Origin: Cyanophora paradoxa CCMP329
Taxonomy: Eukaryota; Plantae; Glaucophyta
Length of the DNA: 64,000 nucleotides
Assembly (NCBI GenBank): GCA_004431415.1
Contig: QPMI01000040.1
Location: forward strand, 372,001 to 436,000
Direction of reading: 5' to 3'
Of the stretch, positions 1-14,200 are shown piece after piece. A model generated the notes under the pieces. The model was given only the letters and a program-made list of their open reading frames with translations, made no database searches and was not told where the DNA came from. A program made the translations under genes and the position numbers. Each line of letters opens with the position of its first letter. The stretch's first letter is position 1.

Positions 1-3000
1 GGTGAAAGTGGTCCACGACGCCCTTCTCGCCAACAAGATGCCGAATGTGCGGCTTGCACTGCGCATGCGTTACTTGCAGAGCTCTTGACTCACGTGCGAG
101 GGCAGGACGTCGATCCATCCATGCCTCGGCTCCTCGGCAAGGGCTTGGAGGTCGCTCGGACGACAATCGAGGCCTCTGCGCGCAAAGGCATCGTCCGCTC
201 CATCGTTTTCGTCGCTTTTGACGAGCCGCTCGACGGGACGCAAGCCCGAAACGCCAGCCTTCAAGCACTCGCTCGGAGCAACGTGCGACCGCTCTCTTCA
301 GCTTTGATTGTGCCACTGCTTTTAATCGATTCACGGCACTACCTGCAGGTGTACGCAGTCCCAGCGTTGGCCGACCCGTACAGCTTCACCAACGGTTTCG
401 ACTCCATGCGCCAGCTCGTGTACGCGTATACTCCTCAACGATCCGCAAATCAAAGCCGTCAGCGTCCACCCTCTGCTTATAAAGCGCGCGATCGGCAGGC
501 GGAACAACGTCAGCGACGTGCTGCCCGTCACGCTGGAGCTGCAGGAGGAGGTGCAGCAGGCCGCCGTCGACCTGGCGACCATGGTCTGCGAAGGTGCGCT
601 CCGGGTTTCGGCAGTCTTCCCATGCGACAGAAAGAGGAATCTTGGCTTTTCATTGCTCATCTGCGGGGGACACGTAGGATTGGCGCCGCCGGGGGCGGAT
701 GACGCGCAGGCGGGGCAGACGATCGGAAGGACGCTCACCGTGCGCGATTGAGCACTTTGTCTCCGTTGCAGTGCGCGTGCCTCTGCAATAACGGTAAAAC
801 AGGTCGCGATCGCCGCCAGTATCGGCGCGACGATCGCTTCGGGATCGATCGGCGGCTCTGCGGGCGTGATTGATCAAGCGCAGTTCATTGCACAGACATC
901 CTTCCTTAGCATGAACCAGTGCGCCGTGCCCCGTGCTAGCCCGGCGCTGATCGCACACTGCTGACCCCTGGTTCGCCAGGCCGCAGCCTTACAACGCAAC
1001 GGCCTCGTCAACTCGCTGGACGATGCTTTACTTGGGCGCGGTCCGTCTCTCCGTCTCTGCAAGCCGCGCTGCTCTAGATCTGAAGCAGCCGATGTGCTGA
1101 TATGGACGTCGATATCTTGCAGCCGTGGAAGCGTTCGAACACGTCGACCAGTGCTACTGGCTCAAGCTCGGGCGAGAGCGTCGTAGGCCGGCGGCGGCTG
1201 CTCGGCGGAAATTCCTTTGCTCGCGAAATCGGCGGTGAAGTCGGCACAGACTTCCTCTCCGAGAGCGTCACGTGGACGGTCATCATTCTGCTCGGCGTCT
1301 CTATTCTACAGGGCCTCCTCCGGCTCTTTATCGCGTACGTGCTCAAGCGCAAGAAGGCGCCCGAAGTTCTCTGGTAATTTGGACCCCTTTTCCCAACCTC
1401 TCGCTTGGAGGTTCTGATCCCTCCGGCAGGTTCCCCAAGCCACAAATCACGGTGATGGTTATGGCGTACGAGGGCTTTGTGATGGCCTCGGCCGCAACGG
1501 CGCGGGCAAACGATGGGGCGAGGCCGTGGGCTGCAGTCGTGCTGGTACGCCGGGAAGTATTTCCGCGTCGATCTTGCCGTGCTCATCGGTTTCGGGCGTA
1601 GCTGCTCGGCGCCGTGGGCTTCTGCTTAATTGTCGTGGTGAGCTGTGGAATTGCAGGGCCGTGTGCTTAAAAGTACTCATACGGATGCATGCGCAGGCGG
1701 CGGTAATCTGGCGCCTCCGGCACGAGAAGCACATCATATGGTACAATTTCAAAGAGCCGGACTGGCGCCGTCTGTGGCGGGGCGAGGACCGGCCGGCGTG
1801 CCTGCGCGAGCTAAAGGAAATCCGGCACCTGCTCGCCATACCCGACACGATCGACAAGTTCGAGGACGCCACGCACGCGTACCTTGCCAAAGACTTCAGG
1901 AAGTTCTTCAAGAAGGGCACGCTGAATGCCTTGAAGGCACTCGGCCGCGCAAAGCAGGCGGCCAAAGAGGGCAGCGTGCACAAGAAGATCGCGCTGACGC
2001 TCTCGAGGTCGTTCTCGCGCAAGGCCGCCGGCGAGGACGCCGACTCCGCGAAAGAGGTCAAGGAAATCCAGGTCGAGGTGGGCGAGCACGAGCCCAAGGC
2101 GGCGCCCGACGTGCCGGTCGTAGATGATCTCTCCGACACCGAATCGGACTCGTCCGAGTCGTCCGCGGCCGACCTCCCCCCCGAGGAGCCGACGGCCGAC
2201 GAGTACGAGAAGGCCCACGGTCGCCTGCGGCGCAAGTGGCACTACTCTCTCTTCCGGCTGCGCATGCGCGTGATCGGCACGTGGCTCAACTGGGAGAAGG
2301 GATGCTGGATTATGGACCCCTCGAAGAACAACGAAGCCAAGGGGCGGATAAGTCGCTGGTGGCCGGCGATAAATTTCCGCTTGTAGGCAACCCTGGTTCT
2401 CTCGAAACTTCATTCATCTGATCCAGCCACGCAGCACATTTGACGCATTCTTTGGGGATAACCGAGGCGACAACGTGGGTCGATGGTGCGAGCCTTTAAC
2501 CATTTTATGACGAAACTCCCTGAGCGCTGCATCAGGTACGGAGTGTTCGACATCATAAAAAAGCTCCTGTCTTGTCTCGCTGTAGGTGGGTTGTGTAGTC
2601 GAATTAAAGAGCACATTTCAGGCGCGACCTGATAACATACGCGAATGCAGCCATGATTCAACCGCCGAACGACGACTCCAGCATTGACGGTTCCAGAAGG
2701 GGCACCTCTGCCGATGCGTCCTCGGGTGACGCGAATAACACTGCGATCATATACGCGGCAATCCAACTAGGCATTCTGATCGGCCTCTGCGGTTTAGAGT
2801 TGCTCTACATCGTACTGTTTACTCCGTTCCGGTGCGCGGTTCATGATCACGCCTTCGACGAAATTCGATCTCCTCCGAAGTAAACGCCTCGGCGCAGGGA
2901 GCGAATCGAGAACGGCGTCGAGTTCACGTGTGTGTCGGCTCAGGTGCGTTTTCCTCCCATTCCACTGCTTTCCAGCTTCTGAGATGAAAGCCGCAGATCA

Positions 3001-4447
3001 CTATCCTTGGCCTCCTTGTGCATGTGCGTTTGAACGCCGTGGCACCGAATTTCGCATCGGCGCCTATAGCTACAGCTGATCACGAGGCCTATATAATTAT
3101 CATAATCGTGACCTCGCGCGCCGTGCGCAGATTGCGGCACATCCAAACGCCGAGAACGCCGGGGAGCTCGCATGGGTGGCCACTGTGCTCCAGGTGCGTC
3201 ATGCTCGCCTGCTGGTGTCTGTGACTACTGCTTCGACGCCTCATGATCGCGATCTCTTCGAAGCTTGTCACGATGGGGATCCGTATCGCGAACCAAGTGC
3301 GGGCGGAGCGGCACATGCTTCGCCGCCTCGTTCGCGAGTTGGTGTTCCTGTGCTGCCCCTTCGTGCGGCGGAAGAAGGCCAAGAAGCTGCTCAAGCAGCA
3401 CCCGAAACCGCTTCGGGGGGACGTCGACGGCCTCGCGATCGGGGAGTGTATGCCGCCCCTGCCCGGCAGCGATCATGTACACGTCGAGGTGCGGGCGGCG
3501 CCCGCCGCGTGCTCGCGCTCGCCTCTTTCGCATCTGATTCCAACGTCAACGCACTGCGGCAGGGCATCAACCTGCACGTCGACGAGGGTTACAGCAGCGA
3601 CTCCGTGTCCGCGCCGGGGTCTGCGCACGCGCACGCCAGGCGTCTCGGGAACGTCCATGTCGTCAGCATCAGCGGCCCGCCGACGCCGACCGGCCTGGCC
3701 CGGACGAGCGACGGCAGCCCCTCTTACAAGAAATTCGTGGCCCGGGCGAGCGACGGCAGCCCCTCTTACGAGAAATTCGTAGCGCGCGGCTCGGCGTACT
3801 CGCCGCCGCGGGCGGCAAGTAGTACACAAGCGCGGCGGAACACGCACGCGGACCTCTTGTTGCGCTTCGCCAGGGCGCCGGCGACAGGCGACCTCGTCCG
3901 TCCGATCGCCAGCGCTGGAAGCGCTCCGAGCTCACCATGGACATCCGCACCCAACGAAACTGGCCGCATTGGCGCCGACGACGCGCACGGCGCCGGTCTG
4001 CAGCAGAGCTCGAGCCGTTACACGCGCTTCGCACCGCCTCGCCGCTTGTCGCTGCAACCGGTACCGATCACATCTCGAGCTCGCGGCGGCATCACGTCGA
4101 CGTCGGGGGGCGATATCGATCCGAACGAAATGCTACGCGCGCGGCCCGCGCCTCCCGTCGACGCCAGCCTGCCGGCCTCGAGATCCCTCAGCGCATCTGC
4201 TTCCGTCTCGGACGCCGCGCGGGCGGCCAGCCCCCACGAAGCGGAATTCGAAACAACGTCAACGGCGAAGTCGGGCCCGGTGCTCCCACCGGTACCGGTG
4301 CCTGTGGTCGAGTTGATTGGGGACATGGCCGCGGACGGCTCCGACCGATCGCACGCCAAGCCGCCAAAGCAAGAGGCCAAAGCGGCCGAAGCGCCAGAGC
4401 CGCAGCCGAATAAGCTCGCCGATGGTCGCAACGTCATTTTCCTTTGA
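1..4447 (+). CDS. Multi-exon gene (5'-truncated by the window): vWA-like extracellular domain, multi-pass membrane region and low-complexity C-terminal tail
   Basis: Coding blocks are separated by short GT..AG introns. 'LGKGLEVARTTIEASARKGIVRSIVFVAFDEPLDG' resembles the C-terminal half of vWA. Hydrophobic exons include VAIAASIGATIASGSIGGSA, WTVIILLGVSILQGLLRLFIAYVL and AAIQLGILIGLCGLELLYIVLFTPF. The last exon ends ...DGRNVIFL* at 4447. Confidence 0.6.
3699..3787 (+). repeat. 42-bp coding tandem duplication (AR[T/A]SDGSPSY[K/E]KFV x2)
   Basis: cccggacgagcgacggcagcccctcttacaagaaattcgtgg is followed by cccgggcgagcgacggcagcccctcttacgagaaattcgtag. Confidence 0.9.
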
Positions 4448-5851
4448 TTTGAGAAAATACACGCAATTTTGTGTTTAAGGCTGTAGATTGAAAGGCTACT
4501 TCGAGGGAGATGTTACAATACCTATCGCTAGCTATATAGGTTTTAGCAGGTAGCTACAAGCTCTCATGTTTTGCGCAAGCCATTGAAGCCCTTAAGAGAC
4601 CACGTGACTTCAGCCTAAGATAAGATTGAATCGATTTTTGAACGCATTGCAATTGCAATCGATATCCGCATAACATGACCTTAGCTTATTGAGTTAGCCT
4701 AGGAGACTCTAAGATCAATACAAGCAGGTCTCGATCGAGTCCTGTAGATTCAATGTTGTTAGAAAGAAGCGCGAAGAAATTGTGCCAGCTACGGCTTCTC
4801 ATTTTGTAAAGCCGAGCAAGCCCTCTATATCCAGCTGTATAGATATTAGAATGTTGCAGAAGTTTTCGCAATGCCTGAATAGCTGCTCGTTTTGTAAAGA
4901 CTGAGCTCGGTTTGTCCACGTCCTTCGTGATATTATATGATACAGCTTTAGCTATGGTAGAGGCAGCACAAAAGAGCCGATAGTCAACAGTCAGCACACA
5001 AAGTACTAAGCTGAAGAGCCAAAAAGCGACAACAAATGAAGAGAGACAGAGAACGAGACGAGATCGCTATATAGATGATATACTAAGTTATAACTTATTA
5101 CTTATGACGCATGCGGACACCCGTAAAAAAACTCAGTCTTCACGGGACGGCCGAGCCAAAAATCCTCGGTAGTTTGATTGAGGTCAGAAAACTTACCTTA
5201 GGGTTGTGTCAACGCATATGAGAACACAGTGTGGCATAACGTAAATTACATCGATATCAGAATCACAAATTAAATTTTGACTTCAGATTTACAGTTAGGT
5301 ACCGCGCTTATTCTCGAAAATCTGCTGCGATAACGCCAGAGTCCAGACACATTACCCCAAGTGAAACTAAACTCAAAATGTCAGCACGTTAATTTAATTA
5401 AAAACCGCAATTTTAATTTTGCCCAGCCGCGCGCGGATCGAAATCGATCGATCGAAAACCGGTTCCAGTTTGGGTTTTAAAGAAATTTAATGCATGCCAC
5501 ATGGATTCGCAGTCGTAGTGCGCGCCAAATGCGTGCGGAGTCCGACGGTCAACTGCGGACGCGATCGTAGTACTACGGTACGTGCACGTGCTCGCAAATT
5601 CAAATGATTGAGCCGATCGCGACGTCGCAATCGCGATTCGCGAGCCCGGGCCGCGACGTCGACGTCGACTTTGACTAGGACTCTTTCAGTGAGCTGTCGG
5701 GCAACTTCTATAAAACAAATTAAAATCGAATCGATCCGATCGACGATCCGGTACCCCTCGGCCTTCGCCAGTACCAGAGTAACCAGACTACTACTACCAG
5801 TTCGATCCGATCGGACGTACCGGATTTTCCTTCACTCAGGTTGACGTGTCA

Positions 5852-6180
5852 CAGTGTGTCACCGCGGGTACCGGACCTACTACCGGCAGCGCCGCGCGCG
5901 CAGCGGCGCGCTGCGGCGCGCGCTGGCCCGGCCGTGGCCGCCGCCACGCGCGGCGCCGTCGACGTCACGGCGTGGCGCGAGCCGCGCGACTAGTACTGTC
6001 GCGTGAGTCGAGTTTTTCCCAGCAGTTTAAGCTGGCCAGTGGCGTGCATGGAAAGTGGCAGATAACGGAAGTAACGGAAAGTGGCGGATCCGGGATAATT
6101 ATAACGGACGTTTCCGGAAAGTAACGGACAGCTAAAGTGGCGGATAGCGAAAAGAAACGGAAAGTAACCGAAACACACTG
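5852..6180. mobile_element. Possible hAT-like non-autonomous remnant or right end
   Basis: CAGTGTGT (5852) and ACACACTG (6173-6180) form a short inverted pair. TAACGGA(A) and AAAGTGGC subterminal-type repeats cluster at 6050-6170. No matching TSD. Confidence 0.3.
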
Positions 6181-7259
6181 CAGTCGACGTCTATAGCTAG
6201 CTGCAGGCCCGCTGATCATGATTCATGAGCAGCAGCAGCAGCTGTCGTTGCTGCAGTTGCGCTTATATTAGCAACCGCGTACATACTAGTGCTGCTGCGC
6301 ATGTAGCTAGCGCTGCTGCGCATACTTGTGCAGACGGAGCACTGCGGCGCATCAGCAGGTGAATTCGAAGTCAACGCAGCGATTGCGATCGCGAAAGCAG
6401 TGATCCTGATTTTGTCGAAGCCGCTGCTTATAAGCACCCGCTCCGGATCGTGAAGTGCCCGGCGGCCGCGAAGATTATTCGAATTCTTTTGTCCTGAAAA
6501 CGTCCGTCGTTCTGGCAAACTGCGCAAGATTCGAAATATATAATAGCTAATTGTAACAGTTCCGATCTATCGCTAGATCTTATAGCTCCGCTTCCGAAGC
6601 TCAAGATCTGAGAGTCTAGATCGAGGTCGGCGCGGCCGACGCGACGCGTATGGCGCTGACGTCAACGCTGCGCGTTTCTCGATTGGATTGAAGTTCATGA
6701 TCAGCTGCAGATCTAGATCTACGTATACATGCTTCGAATTCCAGATCGCGAAAAAATTCATTTCTGCGTGTAAGTTTCTTTCGAATTCGCGTGCGATCGC
6801 TATAGCTATGTCCGACGGTCATGATATCCGATGATCGATCATCAGTTAATGGGGGGGTGCGGGGGGGCTTGCCCCCCTGCTTGTGCATGATATCGATACT
6901 AAAAAGATGTGAACGTGTGCGAAAATGGCGAGCTGCCAGGCGAAGGAGCGGGGATGGGGCTACGCATGTGCACGCGTCATTTAATTTCAGAGTGCTGAAG
7001 ATTGCGCTCGGGGCGGGCGCGCGGATCGTTCACAGCCGCCTGAAATGCCAGTCAGCAGCTCGCGCAGACCCGAGCAACGCGCTCGTCGTGGCAGGGGCCC
7101 GCCTCTACGAAGAGCGCGACCCCATTGAGGCGCCCAGATCTAGAGGCCAGCACCCTCGTATCTGTCGGTCTTGTCGTAGACCTAAGCTTCTTTGGGAGCT
7201 CTGCGAATGCCTACGGAAGGCCCAACGAGATCCCAGCTGTGAAACGGGGCCCGGGGAGC

Positions 7260-7261
<2 letters not shown>

Positions 7262-7292
<31 letters not shown>
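7262..7292 (+). repeat. poly-G homopolymer (~31 nt)
   Basis: Directly visible. Confidence 0.9.
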
Positions 7293-7294
<2 letters not shown>

Positions 7295-8252
7295 ATGGGG
7301 CCCGCCGGGGGCGACTGGTTGAGCCCCGCTGTGAAGGTCGACGGGTTGCGCACCGAGTAGCCTTTCGCAGCTCCCTGATTGATCATGTACAGACATCCAA
7401 TTTGTATTCATGATCATTCATGATCAGAGTGTACAGCCGGCAGTATATTCGGGATCATGATCAGATATCTCTTGCATATATATGATCATTTCGAATTCGA
7501 ATTTCTTTTTTCGCATGCACATGAGACATAAGCCAAGCGAGTTAGTCTGCGAAAGCTAGCATGAGGTACGTATACACATAAAGAGCTTGTGCTTGAAAAA
7601 AGCCTAGGCGTCTGAATTATAAATGATTATAAAGCCTGTGCATACTCGAAAAGCTTAAACTAAGCGAAGCCTGTGAAATATAAACATAAACCAATCAATC
7701 AAGGACGCGTCTGCGACTCAGTCATAAAATGAGCACTAATATGTTAGGCTAGGACCGCGCTAAGCGCAAATAAATATAAGGACCGACGGTTGGCCATGTC
7801 CCAGTGGGTCGACCGCCCGCGGCGCGGCGTACAGAATTACTGGCGACATACCTATGGTAGACAGTGCAGCTACGGGCGACGCGGAAGCCTATAGCTACAG
7901 CCAGCCGAATGCCTGCAGGATATAGGCTGCTAGGGGCACCAATACATGGAAATTACTGTTAACTCTTAAAATTAAGTGTCTGTCGCACACTAACGACAGG
8001 AGATCGAGCCAAGCTCATATAGCTAGGTTCAAGGTGAACAATCGCTGGCTCGAGGCATTATGAGCACCCGATCGCGAAACAGGAGCTATATATAATATAT
8101 ATGAATTATAGAACGATCATGGGCATCGAGGACCGTCCGACGGTCGCCTTAGCATAAATAAATGAAAGGAATGTCGGGGCTTGAAATGGAAACGCCCAAG
8201 AGCATGCGCAGCTGTACATGCGGGCGACTAGAAAAGCTAAAAGCATTCATGA

Positions 8253-11200
8253 TCAGGACCAGCCCGAGGGCAGGCGCGTGCTGTGCTTCAGAAGGGCCGC
8301 CCGCAGCTCTGCCAGCAGCAGCGGCTGCGCGAAAAACGGTCGACGTCAGCCGCAGCCGCGAAACTCGAAACTTTAATTTCGCGGTTAATTGTAAAGGCAG
8401 AGGCCGGGCGCGGTCTCGCCTTGGATAGGACGTCGCGCATGCCCGAGCGGAGGCAGCGCTCCACTTCGGGGCCCGTGACGCCCGCCGTGAGGGCCAGCAC
8501 GGGCGCGTCGGGGCCGGCGGCGGGCCCGGGCCCGCCGGCCGCCACCTCCCGCGCGATCTCCTCGGACGCTGTCCAGCCATCCACCTCCGGCATCTGGCCG
8601 TGGCGCGAGTTCGAATGCACACGTCAGCCGCCGGCACGCAATTGCAAGCCGCGATGCAATTCAAGAGCAAGAACGAATCAAACGAGCCTGGCAGTCCATC
8701 AGCACGCAGGCGAGGTGCCGCCGGTGCTGCCGCCAGAGGCCGACGCCCTCGCGCCCGTTGCGGGCGTGCACGGTGCGGAACCCGAGCTTGGTCAGGAAGC
8801 GCGTTGCCACGAGCGCATTCGTCGGCTGGTCCTCGCAGAGCAGCACCAGCGGCCGCTCGTCGACGGTCTCGAGCTCGCCATCGTCCACGTCGGCTAGCAC
8901 CAACGCCGGCGCGGCCGGCGCCGGCGCCGGCGCCGCCGGCTCTGCAACCGAGGCGCGGCGGGACAAGATGGGCGAGGCCAGGTCGGCGTCGGCGTCGGAG
9001 CGGGGCATGGATGCGACGGACGCGCGGTGGGCGCGCGGGGCGTCGGGGCGCGCGAGGGAGAGAAGCAGGTCGGCCAGCTCGGCGCGCCGGAGGGGCCGCC
9101 GGATGCGGCCGGCGAGTTCGACGGGGCACTCCCGCGCCGCCCGCTGCAGGGCGGCCTTGCTCGCCGCGGGCGGCGCGACGAGCACCGAGCAGAGCCGTGC
9201 CGACCGTCCCGTGAGGGCGGCGTCGAGTGCGGACAGGGCTGCGTCGGCCGCCGCCGCCGCGTCGATGAGGAGGAGGGCGGGGCCCGCCGTTGGGGTGGCC
9301 TCGCGCGCGGCGGCCTCGGCGGCGGTGCCGGAGGGGAAGCAGCGGACGTCGGCGCCGTGGGCGAGCTGCGCGAGCCGGCGGGCGGCGAGGGCGGGGCGCC
9401 CACGAGCAGCACCCGCGCGTCTGGGGCCGCCTCCCGCAACAGCGCGCCGAGCGCCGGCGGCTGCGACGCCGCCGGGGACGGCGCCACGCGGATTGTGAAC
9501 CTGGATGGTCGCGTGCATGTGGGCGGCCGCGAGATCTTAGGCGGGCAGCGTAGATCAAAGCGCGCACCAGAAGACGGAGCCGGCCCCCGGAGTGCTCTGC
9601 GCGCCGACGGAGCCGCCCATGCGCGTCGCGAGCTGCTTGACGATGGCGAGGCCGAGCCCAGTGCCGCCGTGCTGCCGCGCGACCGAGCTGCTCGCCTGCA
9701 CGTAGGGCTGGAAGAGCGTCGGGAGGGCGGCCGCGTCGATGCCGGGGCCCGTGTCCTCCGCCTCGAAGCGCAGGAGGAGCTCGCCGGAGGCCTCCGCGGG
9801 GCCCTCCGCCACGGAGCAGCGCAGCAGCACGTGCCCCTGCTTCGTGAACCTGGCCACGCGCACGGCTTAAGCTGTGGGCAGCAGCTGTGGCTCTGCTCAG
9901 AGTGAGTCCCCGCGCACTTGACGGCGTTGGAGGTGATGTTGAGGAGGCACTGGCGGACGCGGGTCGGGTCGAGGGCGAGGAGCCGCGGCACGTCGGGCTC
10001 CACGATGCACGCGGCCTGCCGGAGCGGGGCCGAGATCAGGTTGGTTTTCGTGCGCGGGCGGGGCGGGGGTCGCGCCGCTGCGCGCATGCGTGCGGTGTGC
10101 GGCGCGCAAAATCGGCGGTCACCTCCACGCCGGGGGCCACGCGGGAGGAGAGCAGCGCCAGCACGTCCTCGCACTGCGGCGGACCGGACCGGAGTCAGGG
10201 GCGCAGCTGCGGGGCCCGCGTCAGACGAGAGCAGAGCGGCGCGCGCCATGAGCTCGATGTCGGTGTCGATCTGCTCGAGCGCGACGGCGGCGCTCTCGGC
10301 CTGCGCTCCCTCGAGCTCCGCTGAGCGGGCCGGGCCATCGCATTCTACCGATTTCGCGCACCTTGGAGAAATCGAGGAGGTCGGAGAGGATCTTCAGGAG
10401 GCCGGCGCCGCTGGCGCGGATGGTGGCGACGAACTGCCTCTGCTCCTCGTCGAGCGTCGTGTCCGCGAGCAGCTCGGCGATCCCGCAGATCCCGTTCATC
10501 GGCGTCCGGATCTGCTCGAATGCGAGGCTTTTACATCAGTGGCGCCGGCAGTCTGGACAGATTTATCGTTGTGGCTGAATAAATATATCTTATATCGTAG
10601 GGCCCTGACAGAGGAGGTCAAATTAAAGCTAACGCGCCTCGTGGGACATGGCGGCGAAGAAGGCGCGCTGCATGTCGGCGTAGCGGAGGGCGCCCTGCGC
10701 CTCGGCGGCCTCGCGCACAAGGCGGGCGTGCTCGATGGAGACCTGCGCGGCCGGGGGCGCGGCGCGTCGGGATCGAAGCGCGGCGTCGGGATCGAAGCGC
10801 GAGGCGGAGGCGGGCGTGCTCGAATTCGAAGGAGATCGGCACCTGCAGCAGCGCCGCCAGCGCGCAGAGGACGCGTGAGTCCGCCTCCGTGAAGACGCCC
10901 CGCGCCAGGCGGCTGTCCACGTACAGCACGCCGATCTGCGCACGCGCGCGCGCAGTCGGGATCGACGCACGGCGTCGGGATCGAAGGACAGCCCGGGCGC
11001 ACGGCGCGGGGCGGGGAGGACGCGGAGAGGAGCGGCGCGGCAATGACGGAGCGGACGTCCGACGCCACGATCGAGTGCGTCGACACGAGCCCGCCCTCCC
11101 CTGCGCGCAGGCGCAGGCGCAGGCGCCCCCATTCGAAACCGAAGCCTCTGCCATTTCCGGGCGCGCGCTCTCGAACCGGGGAAGCCGTCGGAGCGGACGA

Positions 11201-14200
11201 GTGGGCGCCCCGTGCGGTGGACCGCGTCGACGGTGCTGCGGCTGTAGCGGCCGACGCTGGCGGCGTCCAGGGCCGCCCCTTCTACGTCCTGGGCCGCGCG
11301 CAGCTCGAGCTGCGCGGGGACCGAGCCGGCGGCGATGCCGGCGGCGCCGGCGGTCGCCTCCATGAAGAGGAGGGCCCGTTCGCCCCCCAGGGTGTTCAAG
11401 ACCTCCCCCAGCGCCCTAGCCACCTTTGGGAGACCGTGAACTTAAGCTTCAAGGCGGCGAGCGGGAGGGGGCGGGCGCCGGCGGCAGACCTGCTCGGAGG
11501 GGTCCACGGCGCCAGCGGCGGCGGTGGCGACGCGGACGAGGGCGGCGTGGCCCGCCTCCAGCTTGGCCAGGCGGGCGAGGGAGCCCGGCAGCTGCAGGCT
11601 CGGCGCGCTGCGGGCCGCGGACGCTGACAGCGAGCTGCGCGGCCCCTGCCCAAGCTGTACAAGGCTGGACGTCACCGACGAGACACGCGGGATTCCCGAC
11701 GCCGATGCCGCGAGGGTGGCTGCGGCGCCGGACAACCGACTGGCGGGGGAAGGCGCGATGGCGCCGGCGGCGGCCGCAGCCCCGGACGGCACGACGATGA
11801 CGGAGGATTGGGCGGAGAGCGGGGCGGAGGCGGGCCCGCCGAAAGCGGAGGCGCGGCGCCCGGCGGAGCCGAACTCGCTCGCCTCCCCTAGCTCGTCCGT
11901 GTCTGCCTGGCTCCGCTCGCGATCGCGATCGCGATCGCGGGCCCCGGATCCCGAGCCCTTCGAGTCCTCGCGATCGTGCGACGGCGACGGCAGCTGGAGC
12001 TCCTCGGCGATGTCGCCCGCGAGGCGCCGCAGGCCCCCGCCCGCGCGATCTCGACCGCGCTGCGCCCGAGGCGCGCGGCGAGGGGGCCGCAGCCCTGGGC
12101 CCCCGCCAGCAGCGCCCGCTCGCGGTACACTTCGGCGAGCGCCCACGCGTTCCGCATCTTGGAGGCCTCCAGCTCTGCCGGCCCGAGGAGGCTGGCCGCG
12201 CCGGCGACGTCCCCCTTGAGGCGCCGCTCGGCTGCCCGCAGGACGGCCAGGTGCGGCCGCATCTGCGACTGCGGCGGCGTGGTCATGAGCTGCGCGCGCG
12301 CACATGCACACACACAACGCTCGATTCGATGTCGCACCAGCCGCCCGCGGACGACGTTGCGCAAGGCGCGCATGGCGGCCGCGAAGTGCTGGCCGCCCTC
12401 CTCGCCGGGGATGCCGGCGCTGGCCACGGCAGCCTCGGCGTAGGCGACGTGCGCGAAGGAGAGGTGGAGGGCCAAGGCCCGCATCATGGGCGGGAAGCGC
12501 GGCCCCGACGCGAGGCGGGCGCAGGCCCGCAGCTGCTCCAGCCAGGCGCGCGTGCAGACGAAGCCCGTGCGGGTGCCGCGGAGGAGCTCCGATTCGTTCT
12601 GACCGCGCGGCGAGTCCAGCGAGGTGGCGAGCTCGGGGAGGCCCAGGGCCCGCAGGGCGGCGGCGACCTCGGGCGGCGGGGGGTCGCGCCGGTGGCCCAT
12701 CAGGAGGGCGACGGAGGACGAGAGGAGGTGCGCCTGCGCGAGGTGCGCCTGGGGGAAGAGGGGCTGCCGAGAGACGACGTGCGAGACCCGGCGGGCGTAC
12801 TCGGCGAGCGACGCCGCAGCGCGCGCCGGCTGGCCGCCCTCCGCGGCGGCCGCGACTGCGAAGACGCGGACGAGGGCGCCAACGAAGGGCACCTCCTCCA
12901 GGTGGGGCGGCGCCACCACAGGATACATCCGCCAGAACTGCCCGCAGAGGTGAGCTCGAGCGACGACATGCATGACGCAATATTAACGGAATGAAGTGCT
13001 AATGTGCAGCTTACGCGGGAAATGCGGCCGAGGCGAAGGGGGATGTCGAGGGCGTCGAAGACAAGGGCGCCCAGTGCCGTGTAGTCCAGAATGCGGGCGC
13101 ACTGGTCGAACACGGCGACGAATGTGCGGTCTGCGCGGTCGGCGCCCGGCCCGCCGGCTGTGTACCACTCGACGCTCGCCTCCGCGAGCTGCACGAGGGC
13201 GGCGCCCTCCGCCTCGCCCCGCGTGGCCGCCGCGTCGTTCTTCATGAGGCGGATGCCTCGGCGGGCCACCTTGGGGAACCCCATCTTGGCAGAGAACGTT
13301 GTCATCATAAGGCGGCCGATGAGCCTCTCGCGGGAGGGACCCGCGGCAAACGTGTACTGGGTGGCGGCGTTAGGGAGTTGGAAGGCAGGGGCTGTACGTA
13401 TACTGCGGAAGATGGGCCAACGCGTGCGCACCCGAAGCATGAGGGGTATGCAGACAGCAAAGTCCGCCTTGCGCTGGCCCAAGACGTAGAGGAGGGTGAG
13501 GTGCAGGGCCAGGCGCGCGCGGAGCCGCGCCCGGAACCTCGCCTCGGCGCTCGGGAAGTGGGGCACCCAGGACTCGGGCAGGAACAGGTGCAGGATGTGC
13601 GAGATCAAGATGACGATGTTGACGAGTGCGCCGAGGGCGCCGCGGCGGAAGGGCGGCAGGCGCGCGGCGCGGAGCGAGGCGTCGATGTGCTCCAGGCACT
13701 CGGCAGACCGGTACGACGCCAGGGCGACCAGGGCGAGGCGCTGCGCGCGGCGGGGAGGGGCGCGCGCGCGTCGTGGTCAGGGACGATCAGCGCGCGCCGG
13801 CGTACAAGAGAGGCCACTCGCCTCGTGCATGGCGGCGGTGCGGAGGGACGCGGGGATGCCGAGGGCGTCGCCTTCGCCTTCGCCTTCGCCTCCGGATCCG
13901 GCCGGGTCGCCCGCGCCCGATCGCGAGGCGTGCTCCGCGGCGAGGAAGGCGGACCGCGCCTCATCGAAGCGGCGCGCGGCGTAGAAGCAGTCGCCCAGCG
14001 CCGCTGCACGAAGGGACTTTAGGCGAGGGCCCGGGCGGCGCGGGGCGGGGCGGGCGGGGCGGGCGGGGCGGGCAGGCACCAAGCAGAGGGAAGTCGGCAG
14101 CGGCGGCGTCGGGCGGGCCCGCGGGCGGCCTCGAGGAGCGGGAGGGCCTCGTCGGGGCGGCCGCGCGCAGCAGCGCCAGACCCGCGGCGCGCGCCGCCTC

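Noticed and set aside
4686-4997. 103-aa ORF in an AT-richer block
   Set aside because: Non-ATG start and no recognisable motif. The flanks are stop-rich, so it is probably decayed TE DNA.
5017-5036. Similarity to the reverse complement of 45863-45881
   Set aside because: About 19 bp with mismatches in biased sequence, too short to claim homology.
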